From the NCBI GenBank assembly GCA_030038365.1, contig JASHPA010000196.1:8900-72899 (forward strand): DNA of 64,000 nucleotides, in the 5' to 3' direction. The DNA comes from Nitrososphaerales archaeon. GTDB taxonomy: Archaea > Thermoproteota > Nitrososphaeria > Nitrososphaerales > Gagatemarchaeaceae. The notes below the pieces were generated by a model. That model saw only the letters and a list, made by a program, of their open reading frames with translations. It did not search any database and had not been told where the DNA came from. Position numbers and translations under genes: made by a program. Positions 63,350-64,000 of the stretch are shown in pieces; position 1 is the stretch's first letter, and each line of letters starts with the position of its first letter.

Positions 63350-63940
63350 TTGCAGAACGGGATTCTGACGGTGGCGCACAGGAAGGAGTTTTTCATCCTG
63401 CCGGGCCTCTTTGTGGCATTCATGATCCTGTTTGAGTTTCCCGCGAGTGCTCTTTCATTTTCCAGAGCAGGGGCCGGATATGTCCCGTTAGTTTCATTTT
63501 TACTCTCGGGAATCAGAGAGGAGGCCCTTCCTTCAGGGTTTCGTATAGCCAATACTTATGCTAATGAGAACTTGGAGATATACCTGTTCTCGTCAGGCAT
63601 CATGGCTCTGATGCTCATATCGCCCCTCATATCATACTCAATCTTTGGGAGGCTAATCGTACCTGGTGATACGGGACACAGGAAGACGAAGACATTCCTA
63701 CTAACGATGATAGCATCTGCGATCTTCGCAGTTGGAGCCATCTTCACATACTTCTCCTCACCAGTTTACGCCGTCCAACTAATTCTATACGGCAATGATA
63801 TGTGGAGAAATCCCGTGATAATCGACTCGTTCTACTTCTATTCGAGCACCCTGGGGGTTATGGCCATCGTGGGAGCAGTGTGTGAGGCGCCCGTCCTTAT
63901 CGTGTCAAGGATTGTCCTTCACCGGCATCGCAAGGAATGA
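63350..63940 (+). CDS. polytopic membrane protein, weakly TatC-like (short/divergent)
   Basis: 196 aa, AT-richer than the core genome. LISPLISYSIFGRLIVPGDTGHRK and LLTMIASAIFAVGAIFTYFSSPVYAVQLI echo the TatC motifs (P.i.yqiw.Fi.PGL...E and lF..G..f.Yf...P....f). Shorter than typical TatC. Confidence 0.35.
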   Translation: MQNGILTVAHRKEFFILPGLFVAFMILFEFPASALSFSRAGAGYVPLVSFLLSGIREEALPSGFRIANTYANENLEIYLFSSGIMALMLISPLISYSIFGRLIVPGDTGHRKTKTFLLTMIASAIFAVGAIFTYFSSPVYAVQLILYGNDMWRNPVIIDSFYFYSSTLGVMAIVGAVCEAPVLIVSRIVLHRHRKE

Positions 63941-64000
63941 AAACGATAACAAGGCGAGCGTACTTCGCAAGTCGTCACAGATGATGAACTTCTCTCCGAG

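Noticed and set aside
1-64000. CRISPR arrays, rRNA genes and intact integrase or transposase genes
   Set aside because: No regularly spaced direct repeats, no rRNA-like conserved stretches, and no ORF with tyrosine/serine recombinase or complete DDE motifs were seen. Only the two IS fragments at 62.6-63.2 kb were found.

Overview
This window is an archaeal chromosomal segment: moderately GC-rich, densely coding, with TATA-box promoters placed close to start codons. I could not run searches, so every call rests on motif-level reading of the ORF translations and hand-folding of RNAs.

**Core content**
- A conserved informational-gene block: rps19e, PDCD5-like, rpl39e, rpl31e, aIF6, pfdA, ftsY, then secE, spt5, rpl11, rpl1 and rpl10, with rpl12 inverted.
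- alaS and leuS, a thermosome subunit, Y-family polymerase, mre11-rad50 plus an NreA-like gene, AlaX, DtdA, Nep1, Tsr3 and RNase P protein Rpr2.
- Assorted metabolic and membrane genes.
- An RNase P RNA gene in the mre11/tsr3 gap, which no ORF accounts for.

**tRNA genes**
- I found five tRNA genes (Arg-UCU, Thr-CGU, Leu-GAG, Phe-GAA and a Gly-UCC-like gene), and all five are interrupted by introns.
- tRNA-Phe has three introns, tRNA-Thr has an intron in the T-loop, and the tRNA-Gly-like gene has two non-canonical introns.
- This pattern points to a TACK/Thermoproteota-like lineage with a broad-specificity splicing endonuclease.

**Most system-like locus (23.5-26.6 kb)**
- A JAMM metalloprotease sits beside a single gene that fuses a CysO/MoaD-like ubiquitin-fold sulfur carrier, with an internal Gly-Gly, to a MoeB/ThiF E1 and a rhodanese.
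- A Cys/Met-family PLP enzyme follows. Together these look like a candidate protein-thiocarboxylate sulfur-transfer module.

**Accessory DNA**
- 13.9-19.7 kb: an AT-richer orphan block next to tRNA-Thr, tandem att-like partial copies of the tRNA-Leu 3' end that bracket a sequon-rich surface protein and a vapBC pair, and no integrase.
- 62.6-64.0 kb: debris from two IS transposases and a divergent TatC-like gene.

No CRISPR array and no rRNA genes were seen.
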